Shown: piece after piece, positions 9,364-18,891 of the stretch
Numbering within the stretch: position 1 is the first letter of the stretch
Layout of the letters: every line of letters starts with the position of its first letter
Origin: Rhizobacter sp.
GTDB lineage: Bacteria > Pseudomonadota > Gammaproteobacteria > Burkholderiales > Burkholderiaceae_C
NCBI GenBank assembly: GCA_031412495.1
Contig: JANODC010000086.1
Direction: 5' to 3' (one strand)
Length of the DNA stretch: 48,277 nt
The notes under the pieces: model-generated
What the model saw: only the letters and a program-made list of their open reading frames with translations
Told to the model about the DNA's origin: nothing
The model's database searches: none
Program-made: the position numbers and the translations under genes

Positions 9364-11895
9364 TCAGAAGTTGCGCCAGTCGCCGAGCTGCTCGAAGGCA
9401 TGCGCGGCGCGGTAGATCGTGGACTCCGCGTAGTGCGCTCCGACCAGCTGCATGCCCACCGGCAGCCCGGCCGACAACCCGCAGGGCACGTTCATGGCCG
9501 GATGGCCGCTGACATCGAACGGCGCGGTGTTCGCGAGCATCTCGAAGGCGCGCTGGCAGTAGAGCGCGAGTGGCGCGTCCTGCGCCGGGATCGGCGTCGC
9601 CTTCATCGGCGTGGTCGGCATCAGCAGCAGATCGTGGCGGGTCAGTGCCTGGTCGTAGGTCTTCCTGAGCAATCTAGACAGGTTCTGCGCCTTGGCGTAG
9701 TAGTGGCCGCGATAGGTCTTCATGAAGTACTCGCCCGCCATCATCGAGATCTTGAGCGTGCGCGAGAGCTGGTTGGCGCGAGCCCGCCAGTTGGAATGCG
9801 CGTCGAGCAGGCTGGTCGTGTACAGGCCCTCCCAGTTGAAGCCCATGCCGTTGCCGTTCATCATCTGCGCCTGCAGGCCTTCGAGAGCGATCGGCGTCCA
9901 GATCGCGACGCCGTCGAGGTGCATCGGTATCGAGATCTCGTCGACCAACGCGCCCAGGCCGCGCAGCCGCTCTGCGGCCTGGCGGACCTTCTGCACCACA
10001 TCGGGCTCGCAGTTGTCGTGCTGGAAGCCTTCGGTCAGGACGCCGATCCGAAGCCCGGCGACGCCGCGGCCGAGCGCAGCGGTGTACTTGTCCACGCGCA
10101 CGTTGTACTGTCGCGGGTCGAGACCGTCGGAACCGGCGATCACCTCGAGCAGCAAGGCGCTGTCGGCGACCGTGCCGGTCATCGGCCCGAGATGGTCGAT
10201 GGTTGCCTCGATCGGCATCGCGCCCGTATAGGGCACGAGCCCATGGGTGCCCTTCATCCCGTAGCAGCCGGAAAACGAGCCAGGCATGCGGACCGAGCCG
10301 CCCTGATCACCGCCCACCGCCATCTCGACCTCGCCCGAGCCGACCAGCGCGGCGCAGCCGCTGGACGAACCGCCGGCGGAATAGCCCAGCTTGTACGGGT
10401 TGTGCACCGGACCGGCCTGCGAGGTGTGGCTGCCCCCGGACAGGCAGAAAGATTCGCAGTGCGCCTTGCCGACGATCGTGCCGCCGGCATCGAGGATGCG
10501 CGTGATGACGGTCGCGTCGATATCGGGGACATACCCTTCGAGCGACGAGGCACCGTTCATCATCGGCACGCCGGCCAGGCAGATGTTGTCCTTGATCACG
10601 ATCCGCTTGCCCGCCAGGGGGCCGTAAGGTGCGCCCTTGATCTCGGTCTTGACATACCAGGCGCCGAGCGCGTTCTCCGCCGCCGAGGGCCGGGTTCCGG
10701 GCGTGCGCGGGTAGCGCACCTCCGGCAGGTAGTCGGGCAGCTGATCGACGCGGTCGTAGGCGAGCATCGTGCCTTCGAGCACTTCGAGGTACTCGCCGAC
10801 CTCTTGGTCGGACATACTCATGTGCAGCTTTTCGACGATCCGCTTCATCTGTTGGAGCGTGGGTCGCTTGACCATGGTCATGGAATCACCTCGGGAAACT
10901 GCCGAAGGCGAAGCCGTCGACTGGGAGCGGGACAGTGGCGCGGTGCGAGCCGATACGGGCGGTGCCGGAGCCGCGACGCGACCCGCCGGCAGCCCGGGAA
11001 GGGCGTAGGTGTTCATGTCGGCACGACCCGCGGACAAAGTCGCGGCCGCATCGCCGGACCTGGCCTCTCCGCGCGCTGACGGGGCTGGGGTAGGACGGGA
11101 CGGCGCGCCAGGCCCCGAACCCGCCGGCCGCGTCATCCTCATCTTGCCCATCCCCAGCAGCTCGGCGATGCCGCCGGCCTGGGCCGTGTGCGCGTCGACC
11201 TCCCGCTCGATGCGACCGCGCTCCATCACGACGATGCGGTCGGCGACATCGAGGACGAGATCCAGGTTCTGCTCGACGACGACGAGCGACAGCTTGTCGC
11301 GCTTGCGCAGGCCGGCGAGGATCTCGCCGATCTCCTGCACGATCGACGGCTGGATGCCTTCCGACGGCTCGTCGAGAAGGAGCAGCCAGGGCACCGCGAT
11401 GAGGGCACGGCCGAGGGCGAGGATCTGTTGCTCGCCACCCGAGAGCGCTCCGCCCTTGCGATCGAGGATGGTCGCCAGCCGTGGCAGGGTGTCGACGACA
11501 CGCTCGATCGCCGCTGGCTCGGTGTCGCCCGAGTCGGCGGTCCACGCGAGGCGCAGGTTCTCGAGCGCGGTCAGGCCCGGCAGGATGCCGCGCCCCTGCG
11601 GCACGTAGCCGATGCCCAGCCGGCTGCGGTCGTGCGCCTTCATCCGCGTCACGTCGATGCCGTCGATCGAGATCCGGCCGGCGGTCGTCGGCACCAGGCC
11701 GATCAGCGCCTTCATGAAGGTGGTCTTGCCGACGCCGTTGTGGCCGACGATGCCGATCGCCTCGCCGGGCCCGAGCTGGAGGTCGATGCCGTGCAGCACC
11801 GGCACGTGGCCATAGGCGGCCCGCAGGCCGGCAACCTCGAGGACGACGTCGCTCGCCGCAGCGGCTGCACCGATCGGAGATCCGGCTTCGATCAC
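9364..11895 (-). CDS. UrtE/LivF-like ABC ATPase fused in frame through a Pro/Ala/Ser linker to an amidase-signature amidase
   Basis: Residues about 1-250: Walker [27 protein letters not shown]. About 90-aa low-complexity linker with no stop. From 10881, amidase with KDNI Lys, [20 protein letters not shown] start overlaps the upstream TGA. Confidence 0.85.
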   Translation of the reverse strand: MIEAGSPIGAAAAASDVVLEVAGLRAAYGHVPVLHGIDLQLGPGEAIGIVGHNGVGKTTFMKALIGLVPTTAGRISIDGIDVTRMKAHDRSRLGIGYVPQGRGILPGLTALENLRLAWTADSGDTEPAAIERVVDTLPRLATILDRKGGALSGGEQQILALGRALIAVPWLLLLDEPSEGIQPSIVQEIGEILAGLRKRDKLSLVVVEQNLDLVLDVADRIVVMERGRIEREVDAHTAQAGGIAELLGMGKMRMTRPAGSGPGAPSRPTPAPSARGEARSGDAAATLSAGRADMNTYALPGLPAGRVAAPAPPVSARTAPLSRSQSTASPSAVSRGDSMTMVKRPTLQQMKRIVEKLHMSMSDQEVGEYLEVLEGTMLAYDRVDQLPDYLPEVRYPRTPGTRPSAAENALGAWYVKTEIKGAPYGPLAGKRIVIKDNICLAGVPMMNGASSLEGYVPDIDATVITRILDAGGTIVGKAHCESFCLSGGSHTSQAGPVHNPYKLGYSAGGSSSGCAALVGSGEVEMAVGGDQGGSVRMPGSFSGCYGMKGTHGLVPYTGAMPIEATIDHLGPMTGTVADSALLLEVIAGSDGLDPRQYNVRVDKYTAALGRGVAGLRIGVLTEGFQHDNCEPDVVQKVRQAAERLRGLGALVDEISIPMHLDGVAIWTPIALEGLQAQMMNGNGMGFNWEGLYTTSLLDAHSNWRARANQLSRTLKISMMAGEYFMKTYRGHYYAKAQNLSRLLRKTYDQALTRHDLLLMPTTPMKATPIPAQDAPLALYCQRAFEMLANTAPFDVSGHPAMNVPCGLSAGLPVGMQLVGAHYAESTIYRAAHAFEQLGDWRNF
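10879..10892 (-). promoter_or_regulatory. Internal Shine-Dalgarno and in-frame ATG for a stand-alone amidase (10881 to 9364)
   Basis: Minus strand reads GAGGTG-attcc-ATG ACC ATG GTC AAG CGA at the amidase domain boundary. Confidence 0.7.
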
Positions 11896-12617
11896 TTGGC
11901 GCGGCCCCCGATGTAGACCTCGCGCACCTTTGCATCGGCGAGCACCTCGTCGACCGGTCCTTCGCGCAGGACCGCGCCCTGGTGCATGACGGTGACCCGG
12001 CCGCCGAGCATGCGGACGAACTGCATGTCGTGGTCGACCACGACCACGGTCGCCTTCTGGTTGACCTCGTGGATGATGCGAACGAGCTGATCGGCCTCGG
12101 CGCCGGTGATGCCGGCGGCGGGCTCGTCGAGCAGCAGCAGCCAGGGCCGCTGGGCCAGGACCAGGCCGATCTCGACGAGCTGGCGCTGGCCATGCGCGAG
12201 CTCGCCGACCAGGCGCCGGGCGATCGGCTCGAGGGCCATCTGCTGCATCACCTCCGCGACGGCGTCCTGCGTCTGCTCACGTGTGCCGACACGGCGCGCT
12301 GACAGCCAGAGGTTTTCCTCGACGGTGAGGCCGTTCATCACCGACGGCACTTGCGTCTTGATGCCGACGCCGAGGCGGACGATCTCGTAGGCGCGCCAGC
12401 CGGTCACGTCCTGGCCCCGGATGAAGACACGGCCGTGGCTGTGGTCGAGCCGGATCTGGCCGGTAAGGCACTTGAAGAAGGTGCTCTTGCCGGCCCCGTT
12501 CGGGCCGATCAGGCAGCGCAGCTCGCGATCGGCGAGCGAGAAATTGACACTGTTGACCGCCTGCACGCCGCCGAAGCGCATCGACAGGTCACGGGTGTCC
12601 AGCACCGTCTCGGTCAC
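11892..12617 (-). CDS. UrtD/LivG-like ABC ATP-binding protein
   Basis: MRFGGVQAV, GPNGAGKST, LAHGQRQ, LLLLDEPAAG, VVDHDM, VREVYIG; GTG at 12617 preceded by GAGGGG. Confidence 0.9.
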   Translation of the reverse strand: MTETVLDTRDLSMRFGGVQAVNSVNFSLADRELRCLIGPNGAGKSTFFKCLTGQIRLDHSHGRVFIRGQDVTGWRAYEIVRLGVGIKTQVPSVMNGLTVEENLWLSARRVGTREQTQDAVAEVMQQMALEPIARRLVGELAHGQRQLVEIGLVLAQRPWLLLLDEPAAGITGAEADQLVRIIHEVNQKATVVVVDHDMQFVRMLGGRVTVMHQGAVLREGPVDEVLADAKVREVYIGGRAK

Positions 12618-12654
12618 TCGGTCCCCTCGGGCGCGGTCACTCGCCGTACCGCCT

Positions 12655-13707
12655 TCACGGCTTGTCTCCGCGATGGCCGCGCCGGCGCCGGGTGCTGCTC
12701 GCCTGGCGGCGGCTGACGCCGGCCTGCTCGCGCCGGGCACGCCAGCGTGCCAGGGTCGGCAGCAGGCCGCTCGGCAGAAGCAGGACGACCAGGATCAGGA
12801 TCGCGCCGAGGACGAGCGAGTTGTCGATCAGGGTCTGCTGGCCCAGCAGCAGCTTCAGATAACCGAGGACGATGGCACCGAGCAGCGGCCCGACGAGGGT
12901 GCCGAGCCCGCCCACGATCGTCCAGATGATCACCTCGGCCGACTGGCCGAGGCTGAACACGCCCGGCGTGACGATCTCGGCCCAGTTCGCGATCAGGCAG
13001 CCGGCGAGGCCGGCCATGCCGGCGCTGATGGTGAAGATCGCCGTCTTGTACGCCGGCGCGCTGTAGCCGAGCAGCTCGACGCGCGCCTCGTTCTCGCGGA
13101 TCCCGATCAGCACCTTGCCGAAGAACGAGCCGAGGATCCAGCGGCAGAGCAGGTAGCAGAGCACGAGCGCGCCGCAGACGACGTAGTAGAACGGCGTGCC
13201 GAAGGCCGTGACGCTGGGATCCCCCGGCAGGTTCAGGACGGGGAAGGCCGGAATGCCGTTGAAGCCGCCGAGCCGGACCGGGCCGATGCGATAGGCGTCG
13301 CCCGCCGTCGCATTCATGAACTTGAACAGGATCAGCGTGACGACCAGCGTGATCACGCCCATGTAGACGTCGCTGATCCGGCCGTAGAACATCATCGCGC
13401 CGATGACGGCCGCTGCCGCGGCGGGAAGAACGATCGCGAGCAGCAGCGGCCCGGTGCTCTCGCCCACCGTCATCGCCGCGATCGCGTAGGTGTAGGCGCC
13501 GAGCCCGAAATAGGCGGCATGCCCGAAGCTGAGAATGCCGGCGAAGCCCCACATCAGGCCCAGCGACATTGCGAATAGGGCCCAGATAAGGAGCAGGGTC
13601 GGTGTGTTCGTCCCGGTGACCGCCGGCAGGACCAGGGCAACGACGCAGCCGACGATGAACCAGCCCCATCGGATCCGCCCGACACCGAATGCGGGTCCGC
13701 CCGTCAT
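12655..13707 (-). CDS. UrtC/LivM-like ABC permease
   Basis: GLMWGFAGILSFGHAAYFGLGAY, GIRENEARVELLGY, IVGGLGTLVGP; ATG overlaps the upstream TGA. Confidence 0.9.
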   Translation of the reverse strand: MTGGPAFGVGRIRWGWFIVGCVVALVLPAVTGTNTPTLLLIWALFAMSLGLMWGFAGILSFGHAAYFGLGAYTYAIAAMTVGESTGPLLLAIVLPAAAAAVIGAMMFYGRISDVYMGVITLVVTLILFKFMNATAGDAYRIGPVRLGGFNGIPAFPVLNLPGDPSVTAFGTPFYYVVCGALVLCYLLCRWILGSFFGKVLIGIRENEARVELLGYSAPAYKTAIFTISAGMAGLAGCLIANWAEIVTPGVFSLGQSAEVIIWTIVGGLGTLVGPLLGAIVLGYLKLLLGQQTLIDNSLVLGAILILVVLLLPSGLLPTLARWRARREQAGVSRRQASSTRRRRGHRGDKP

Positions 13708-14570
13708 GTCGAGTTCTTGAAGAAGCGGCCGGTGATGCCCTGCGGCATCAGCCGCAGGAGGATGATCGCCAGCGCCAGCATGGCGATCTCCCCGATCACC
13801 GGCGTCGAGCCGAACGAGACGATCTGGTTGACCGTGCCGAAGATCATCGAGCTCGCCAGGGTGCCGGAGATGATCGCCGCGCCACCGGTGATGACCGTGA
13901 TGAACGACTTGGCGATGTAGAGCGCGCCCGAGGAAGGCAGGAGGCCCGTGAGGGGCGCCAGGACAGCGCCGGCGAGACCCGAGAGGGCGGCCCCGGCGGT
14001 GAAGGTCCACATGTAGATGCGTTGCGGGTTGTAGCCGAGCGAAGAGGCGACGTCGGCGTTCTGCATCGCTCCGCGCGCGATCAGGCCGACCCGCGTGTAG
14101 CGCAGGATCATCCAGAGCACGAGCATCGTCAGCGTGGCGACGGCGATGATGAAGAGGTTGTAGCCCCCCATCTGGTACGCACCCGCCTGGTAGGCGCCGA
14201 TCGGCGCCGTGACGCTCACCGCGGTGTTGCCGAAGATCAGCGTCACCAGGCCGACCATAAGCAGGCTCAAGCCCCAGGTGGCGAGCATCGTGTCGATCAT
14301 GCGTCCGTAGAGACGGCGGATGACGAGGCGCTCGACGACGAGGCCAACCAGGCCGACCACGAACGGCGCCAGAACGAGCATCGCGAACCAGATGTCCAAG
14401 CCCGCGCGGTGGGCGAAGATGGTGACGTAGCCGCCGAGCATCACGAACTCGCCGTGGGCGAGGTTGATGACCCGCATCATCCCGAACACGACCGCCAGCC
14501 CCGCGCTCGTCAGCGCGAGGAAGGCGATCATGTACAGGATCTCGAGAAAGACGACGGCTGCGTAGTCCAA
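13704..14570 (-). CDS. UrtB/LivH-like ABC permease
   Basis: GLAVVFGMMRVINLAHGEFVMLGGY, TMLATWGLSL, FITVITGG; multiple transmembrane segments. Confidence 0.9.
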   Translation of the reverse strand: MDYAAVVFLEILYMIAFLALTSAGLAVVFGMMRVINLAHGEFVMLGGYVTIFAHRAGLDIWFAMLVLAPFVVGLVGLVVERLVIRRLYGRMIDTMLATWGLSLLMVGLVTLIFGNTAVSVTAPIGAYQAGAYQMGGYNLFIIAVATLTMLVLWMILRYTRVGLIARGAMQNADVASSLGYNPQRIYMWTFTAGAALSGLAGAVLAPLTGLLPSSGALYIAKSFITVITGGAAIISGTLASSMIFGTVNQIVSFGSTPVIGEIAMLALAIILLRLMPQGITGRFFKNST

Positions 14571-14597
14571 GGCGGGCTCGGGTCGCCGCTGCGCTTC

Positions 14598-15821
14598 CTA
14601 GATGGTCACCTCGAACTGCTTGTTCTCGTTCGGATTCTTGGCCAGGTTGCACGAAGCGGCCGTGTCGCTCGGGGCGCGCTGCTTGAAGGCCTGCTTGATC
14701 GTCAGCTTCTGGCCCTTGACCTCCATCACCTTGATGTCGAGCGAGGCGTGGTGGGTGACGGGGTCGATCTTGACCTGGCCGCCGGGGCCCTCGATGCTGA
14801 TCCCGGATTCGATGGCCTTCAGCATCTTGTCGCGATCGAGCGAGCCCGCCTTCTTCACCGCCTCGGCCCAGAGCTTGATGCCCTGGTACTGCGAAACGGC
14901 GATCTCGTGGACGATCTTGGTGTCACCGAAGCGCTTGGCCCAGCGCGCGAGGAACTCCTTGTTCGCGGGCGACGGGTCCTCCTGGCTGTAGTTGCCCGCG
15001 ATGAGGATGCCGTCGCCTTCGGCCGGCGAAAGCGCCAGATGCTCGTTGCCCACCCCGAAGGTGGTCGAGAAAAGCGGAATCTTCTTGTTCATCCCTGACG
15101 CCGCCCACTGCCGGAAGAACGAAAGATGGGCGCCACCGACGAGCGCGGCGCAAACCGACTCGGGCTTCGCGGCCTGGATCTTCGCGATCGTGGAGCCGAA
15201 GTCGGCGACGTCGAGTGGGAAGAAATCGGTCTGCAGCACCGAGCCGCCGCGCTGCTTCACGTAGTGCGCGACCCACTTGGCCGTGATCTGCCCGTAGTTG
15301 TAGTCGGCGGCGAGGACATAGACCTTCTTGCCCCACTGCTTCTGGGCGATCTCGACGATCGGCTCGACCGCCTGCGCCGGCGTCGTGCCGGTGACGACGC
15401 AGTTGCGGTCGCAGACACCGCCTTCGTAGAGGACGTTGTAGAAGTAGAGGATGTTGGCGCGGCGGAAGGTCTGGCGAATCGCCTCGCGCGAGGCCGAGGT
15501 GATGCCGCCGTGGACGACGTCCACCTTGTCGTCGCGCGCCAGCTGCTGTGCGTACTTGGTGTAGAGAGCGATGTCCGATTGGGTGTCGTACTGGACGACC
15601 TGGATCTTCCTGCCGAGCAGGCCACCGGCGGCGTTGATCTCTTCGGCCGCCATCGTCGTCGCCAGCACCATCGGCTTGCCGTAGGCATCGAGGTTGCCCG
15701 AGTTGTCGAGGACCGAGCCGAGCTTGATCGCCGCGCCCTGGCCGAAGGCATGGAAGGGCAGCGCAATGCCGGCGGCAGCGCCGGACGTCGAAGCGATGAA
15801 ATGACGACGTGAGAACTTCAT
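14598..15821 (-). CDS. UrtA/FmdD-like amide/urea ABC substrate-binding protein, Tat-type signal
   Basis: MKFSRRHFIAS twin-arginine leader; EEINAAGGLLGR, GGITSASREAIR, YNVLYEGGVCD, ADYNYGQ. Confidence 0.9.
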   Translation of the reverse strand: MKFSRRHFIASTSGAAAGIALPFHAFGQGAAIKLGSVLDNSGNLDAYGKPMVLATTMAAEEINAAGGLLGRKIQVVQYDTQSDIALYTKYAQQLARDDKVDVVHGGITSASREAIRQTFRRANILYFYNVLYEGGVCDRNCVVTGTTPAQAVEPIVEIAQKQWGKKVYVLAADYNYGQITAKWVAHYVKQRGGSVLQTDFFPLDVADFGSTIAKIQAAKPESVCAALVGGAHLSFFRQWAASGMNKKIPLFSTTFGVGNEHLALSPAEGDGILIAGNYSQEDPSPANKEFLARWAKRFGDTKIVHEIAVSQYQGIKLWAEAVKKAGSLDRDKMLKAIESGISIEGPGGQVKIDPVTHHASLDIKVMEVKGQKLTIKQAFKQRAPSDTAASCNLAKNPNENKQFEVTI

Positions 15822-15878
15822 GGAAATCTCCTGCTGTGATTGAGGCGCCGGATGGCGACGAACGACGCGAGCCCGGCG

Positions 15879-17519
15879 TCAGCCCTTGGGCGACGACCTG
15901 TCGCCTTTGGAATCCGGAGCGTCCGGACCCGGGGCTCCTCCCTTCGGGCCACCCACCGCCGCAGACAAGTCCACGCCGATCGAATCGCCGATGCTCTTCA
16001 TGGCCGGCAGCTGCAAGGCCATGCCCAGAATGCTGTCCATCACCTGCGTGACCGGGGCGCGCTGGGCCCCTTCTCCGCCGGCGCCGCCGCTCCACTGGCC
16101 GTTCGACGAGCCACCGAAGCCGGTAACCTGGTGGATCCGGATGCTGTCGATCTTCTCCGCCGGCTTCATCATCTGGGCGATGATCTCCGGCAGCCGGTCG
16201 AGGCGGTGCTGCTCGAGCTTGAGGTGCATTAGCTCCGTGGTGCGTGAGTTCTCGGCGTCGATCATCGCCCGCGCCCCTTCCGACTCCGCCTTCAGGCGCA
16301 CGCGATGCGCCTCGGCCCGGGTCGTCGTGGCCGAGGCCGCGGCCTTGGCGTTCATCAGCAGCACCGCCGTCTCGCTCTGGGCTTTGGAGGTCTCGACCTC
16401 GCCACGCTCCTGCTCGCGCTTGATGGCGATCTCGCGCGAACGGTCGGCAACGGCGCGCTCGCGCTCGGTCTGCAACTGCTCCTGCGCCAGCACGATCTCG
16501 GTACGCGCCAGCTCCGCCTGCGCCTGAGCCCTCGCCTCCTCGGCATGCTTGGTCGCCATGGCGATCGAGCTGTCGACCTTCCTCACCTCCGAGCTGAGCT
16601 GGGCCTCGATCTCCAGCTTCCTCAGCTCGCGAGCTTTCTGGATCTCGGCCACGCGAGTCGACTGCTCGCGCTCGATGCGCGCGTTCTCGGAGGCGACGGT
16701 CGACTGCTCGCGGGCCCGGGCGGTCTCGGCGTCGCTGGACGACTTCAGCTTCTCGATCTCGAGCCGCTGGCCGATCTGCGCCTCTTCCTCCTCGCGGGAC
16801 AGGCTGAGCCGCTGCTTGGTCGCCGCGAGCTGCGTCTGCCGCACCGAGATGTCGGCGTCTGCCTCGATCTCGGCCCGCTTCTTCTTGCTGTTGGCGATGA
16901 TCTCGGCCAGCTTGCGCAGGCCGACCGCGTTGAAGGCGTTGTTGTCGTCCAGCGAGGCGAACGCCGCCTGATCCATCCGCGTCAACGAGACCGATTCGAG
17001 CTGCAGGCCGCTGTGCGCCAGGTTCTCGCGCACCGATTCCCGGATCGTCCGGACAAACTCGGCGCGCTTGTCATGCAGGAAATCCATGGTGAAGGTGGCG
17101 CCGGTCGCCTGGATGGCGTCGATGAAGCGGCCCTCGAGGAGGTTGCGGACCCCGTCCGGGCTGAGCGACTTCGAGCCGATCGCCTGCGCGGCCGTGGCGA
17201 CTCCCTCGACGGTCGGCTGCACGCGCAGATAGAACTCGAGCTCGACGTCGACCCGCATGCGGTCTTCGGTGATCAGCGACTTGGCGCCGGTGCGGCTGAC
17301 TTCGATCCGCAAGGTCCGCATGTTGATCTCGTCGACCTTGTGCAGGAACGGCAGGGCCAGCGTGCCGCCCGTGAGGACGATCTTCTGGCCGCCGAAGCCG
17401 GTGCGGATGAGGGCGATGTCTCTCGACGTCTTGCGATAGAAGCGGTTCAGGAACGCCACCGCGACGGCGATGACGACGATCGCGACGATCAGGCCGAAGA
17501 GCCAGGCCAGCAGGGTCAT
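15879..17519 (-). CDS. Flotillin/SPFH-family membrane protein (YqiK-like)
   Basis: N-terminal transmembrane helix; SPFH core (IRTGFGGQKIV, LITEDRMRVDVELEFYLRV, GLQLESVSLT, NNAFNAVGL); long Ala/Glu/Arg coiled coil; C-terminal PAEKIDSIRI flotillin motif. Confidence 0.9.
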   Translation of the reverse strand: MTLLAWLFGLIVAIVVIAVAVAFLNRFYRKTSRDIALIRTGFGGQKIVLTGGTLALPFLHKVDEINMRTLRIEVSRTGAKSLITEDRMRVDVELEFYLRVQPTVEGVATAAQAIGSKSLSPDGVRNLLEGRFIDAIQATGATFTMDFLHDKRAEFVRTIRESVRENLAHSGLQLESVSLTRMDQAAFASLDDNNAFNAVGLRKLAEIIANSKKKRAEIEADADISVRQTQLAATKQRLSLSREEEEAQIGQRLEIEKLKSSSDAETARAREQSTVASENARIEREQSTRVAEIQKARELRKLEIEAQLSSEVRKVDSSIAMATKHAEEARAQAQAELARTEIVLAQEQLQTERERAVADRSREIAIKREQERGEVETSKAQSETAVLLMNAKAAASATTTRAEAHRVRLKAESEGARAMIDAENSRTTELMHLKLEQHRLDRLPEIIAQMMKPAEKIDSIRIHQVTGFGGSSNGQWSGGAGGEGAQRAPVTQVMDSILGMALQLPAMKSIGDSIGVDLSAAVGGPKGGAPGPDAPDSKGDRSSPKG

Positions 17520-17578
17520 GGGTCACTCCCTCGAACGACAGGGCGATGGCGTCGACAGCCAGCGCACCCTGCGCATTA

Positions 17579-17599
17579 CTTTCCGTGGAAACTATAGCA
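17579..17599 (-). promoter_or_regulatory. Putative extended -10 promoter of the flotillin/ABC operon with overlapping palindrome TTTCCGTGGAAA
   Basis: Minus strand reads TGc-TATAGT-TTCCACGGAAAG, about 60 nt upstream of the flotillin ATG; the same palindrome occurs at 18858-18869. Confidence 0.65.
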
Positions 17600-17654
17600 G
17601 GGACCTTGCCGAGTTCGTCACGGCCCAGACCGAACGAGAAGAAGACGGGGCCCG

Positions 17655-18800
17655 CTACAGGGCCACCGGCCGCTGGAAGAAGTGGCCCCCCGCCTCGGCG
17701 AGATAGGCGGGATGCGAGCAGCACTCGTTGCCGCGATAGGAGGTGCCGCGCACCGAGCGGAACTCGAGCGGCGCGGCCAGGTTGCCGAGCAGGGGTGCGT
17801 CGCCTTCCGCTGCCCGCCGCGCCAGGGCCGCCATGAAGTGCACGCCCTCGTAGGTCGACTGGCCGAGCGCGTTGAGGGTCGGCGCGCGCTGTCCGAAATG
17901 GTTGTAGTAGCGCTCCTTGAACGCCATGTTCGCGTCGTTGTCGAGCGACGCGAAGTAGCCTGAAGAGGCGAAGAGGCCATCGGTGTTGTCGGCGCCGATC
18001 GCCAACAGGCCGTTTTCCTCGATGGCGCAGGAGAGCCGGAACGTGTCGCGCGACAGGCCGCAGCGCCCGAACGCGCGATTGAACTGAACCGCGTCCTGGC
18101 CGACCAGGGAGAGCAGGATTGCATGCGGCTTCAGCCGGGTGATCTCGTCGAGCAGCTCCGAGTAATCCTCGGTGCCGAACGGCAGGTAGCGGTCGGCCAC
18201 GACCTCGCCGCCCTGCCCGTCCACGTACCGGGCGGCGAGCCGATGCGACACGCGCGGCCACACGTAGTCGTTGCCTATGAACATCCAGCGCCGTGCCGAA
18301 TAGCGGCTGGCCAGGTACTCGATGGCGGGCCGCAGCTGCTGACCCGGCGTCTCGCCGATGGCGAACACGCCCGGCGTGCGTTCGCCGCCTTCGTAGAGCG
18401 GCGTGTAGACATACGGGATCTGCCGCGCGACGTCCTTGAGGACGCGCTGGCGAACCTGGCTGGTATGCATGCCGACGATGGCATCGATCGCGCCCGCGTT
18501 CATGAGGCCGGCCGTGACGCTGCCGACCTCGATGGCTTCGTCCGACGAGTCGATCACGCGCAGCCGGACGCGGCGATCGAGCAAGCCGCCGCCGGCGTTG
18601 ATCTCCGCCTGGGCGAGCTGTGCACAGGCGATGGACGAGGGCCCCCAGATGCCTGCGGAGCCGTTGATCGGGACGAGCAGTCCGACGACGAAGTCGGCGC
18701 CCTCGGCCAGCGCCTCGCGACGGGCAGCGGCACGACGCGCGCGGACCTGCGATGGCACGCTCTTAGCGCCGGCGCAGCTGTCGACCGCCATCTCGGGCAT
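17655..18800 (-). CDS. Cytoplasmic AmiC/NhlC-like amide-sensing regulator (PBP1 fold)
   Basis: GIWGPSS..AQAEINAGGG, YTPLYEGG, IGNDYVWPR resemble AmiC motifs; no signal peptide; ATG 18800 preceded by GGGAG. Confidence 0.82.
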   Translation of the reverse strand: MPEMAVDSCAGAKSVPSQVRARRAAARREALAEGADFVVGLLVPINGSAGIWGPSSIACAQLAQAEINAGGGLLDRRVRLRVIDSSDEAIEVGSVTAGLMNAGAIDAIVGMHTSQVRQRVLKDVARQIPYVYTPLYEGGERTPGVFAIGETPGQQLRPAIEYLASRYSARRWMFIGNDYVWPRVSHRLAARYVDGQGGEVVADRYLPFGTEDYSELLDEITRLKPHAILLSLVGQDAVQFNRAFGRCGLSRDTFRLSCAIEENGLLAIGADNTDGLFASSGYFASLDNDANMAFKERYYNHFGQRAPTLNALGQSTYEGVHFMAALARRAAEGDAPLLGNLAAPLEFRSVRGTSYRGNECCSHPAYLAEAGGHFFQRPVAL

Positions 18801-18853
18801 CGTCACTCCCCATGGGCCCGCGTGCGAGCGTCGGGGCTTTGCCATCCCCTTCT

Positions 18854-18883
18854 TTGCTTTCCGTGGAAAGCGACTTCTACAAT
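18854..18883 (+). promoter_or_regulatory. Putative marR promoter (TTGCTT-18 nt-TACAAT) overlapped by palindrome GCTTTCCGTGGAAAGC
   Basis: -35-like hexamer 18854-18859, -10-like hexamer 18878-18883, palindrome 18856-18871; marR ATG 8 nt after the -10. Confidence 0.65.
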
Positions 18884-18891
18884 AGCACAGC

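Noticed and set aside
11892-15821. Canonical urtABCDE urea transporter
   Set aside because: No urease genes. Amidase, acyl-CoA ligase and AmiC-like context point to a carboxamide, so symbols were withheld.
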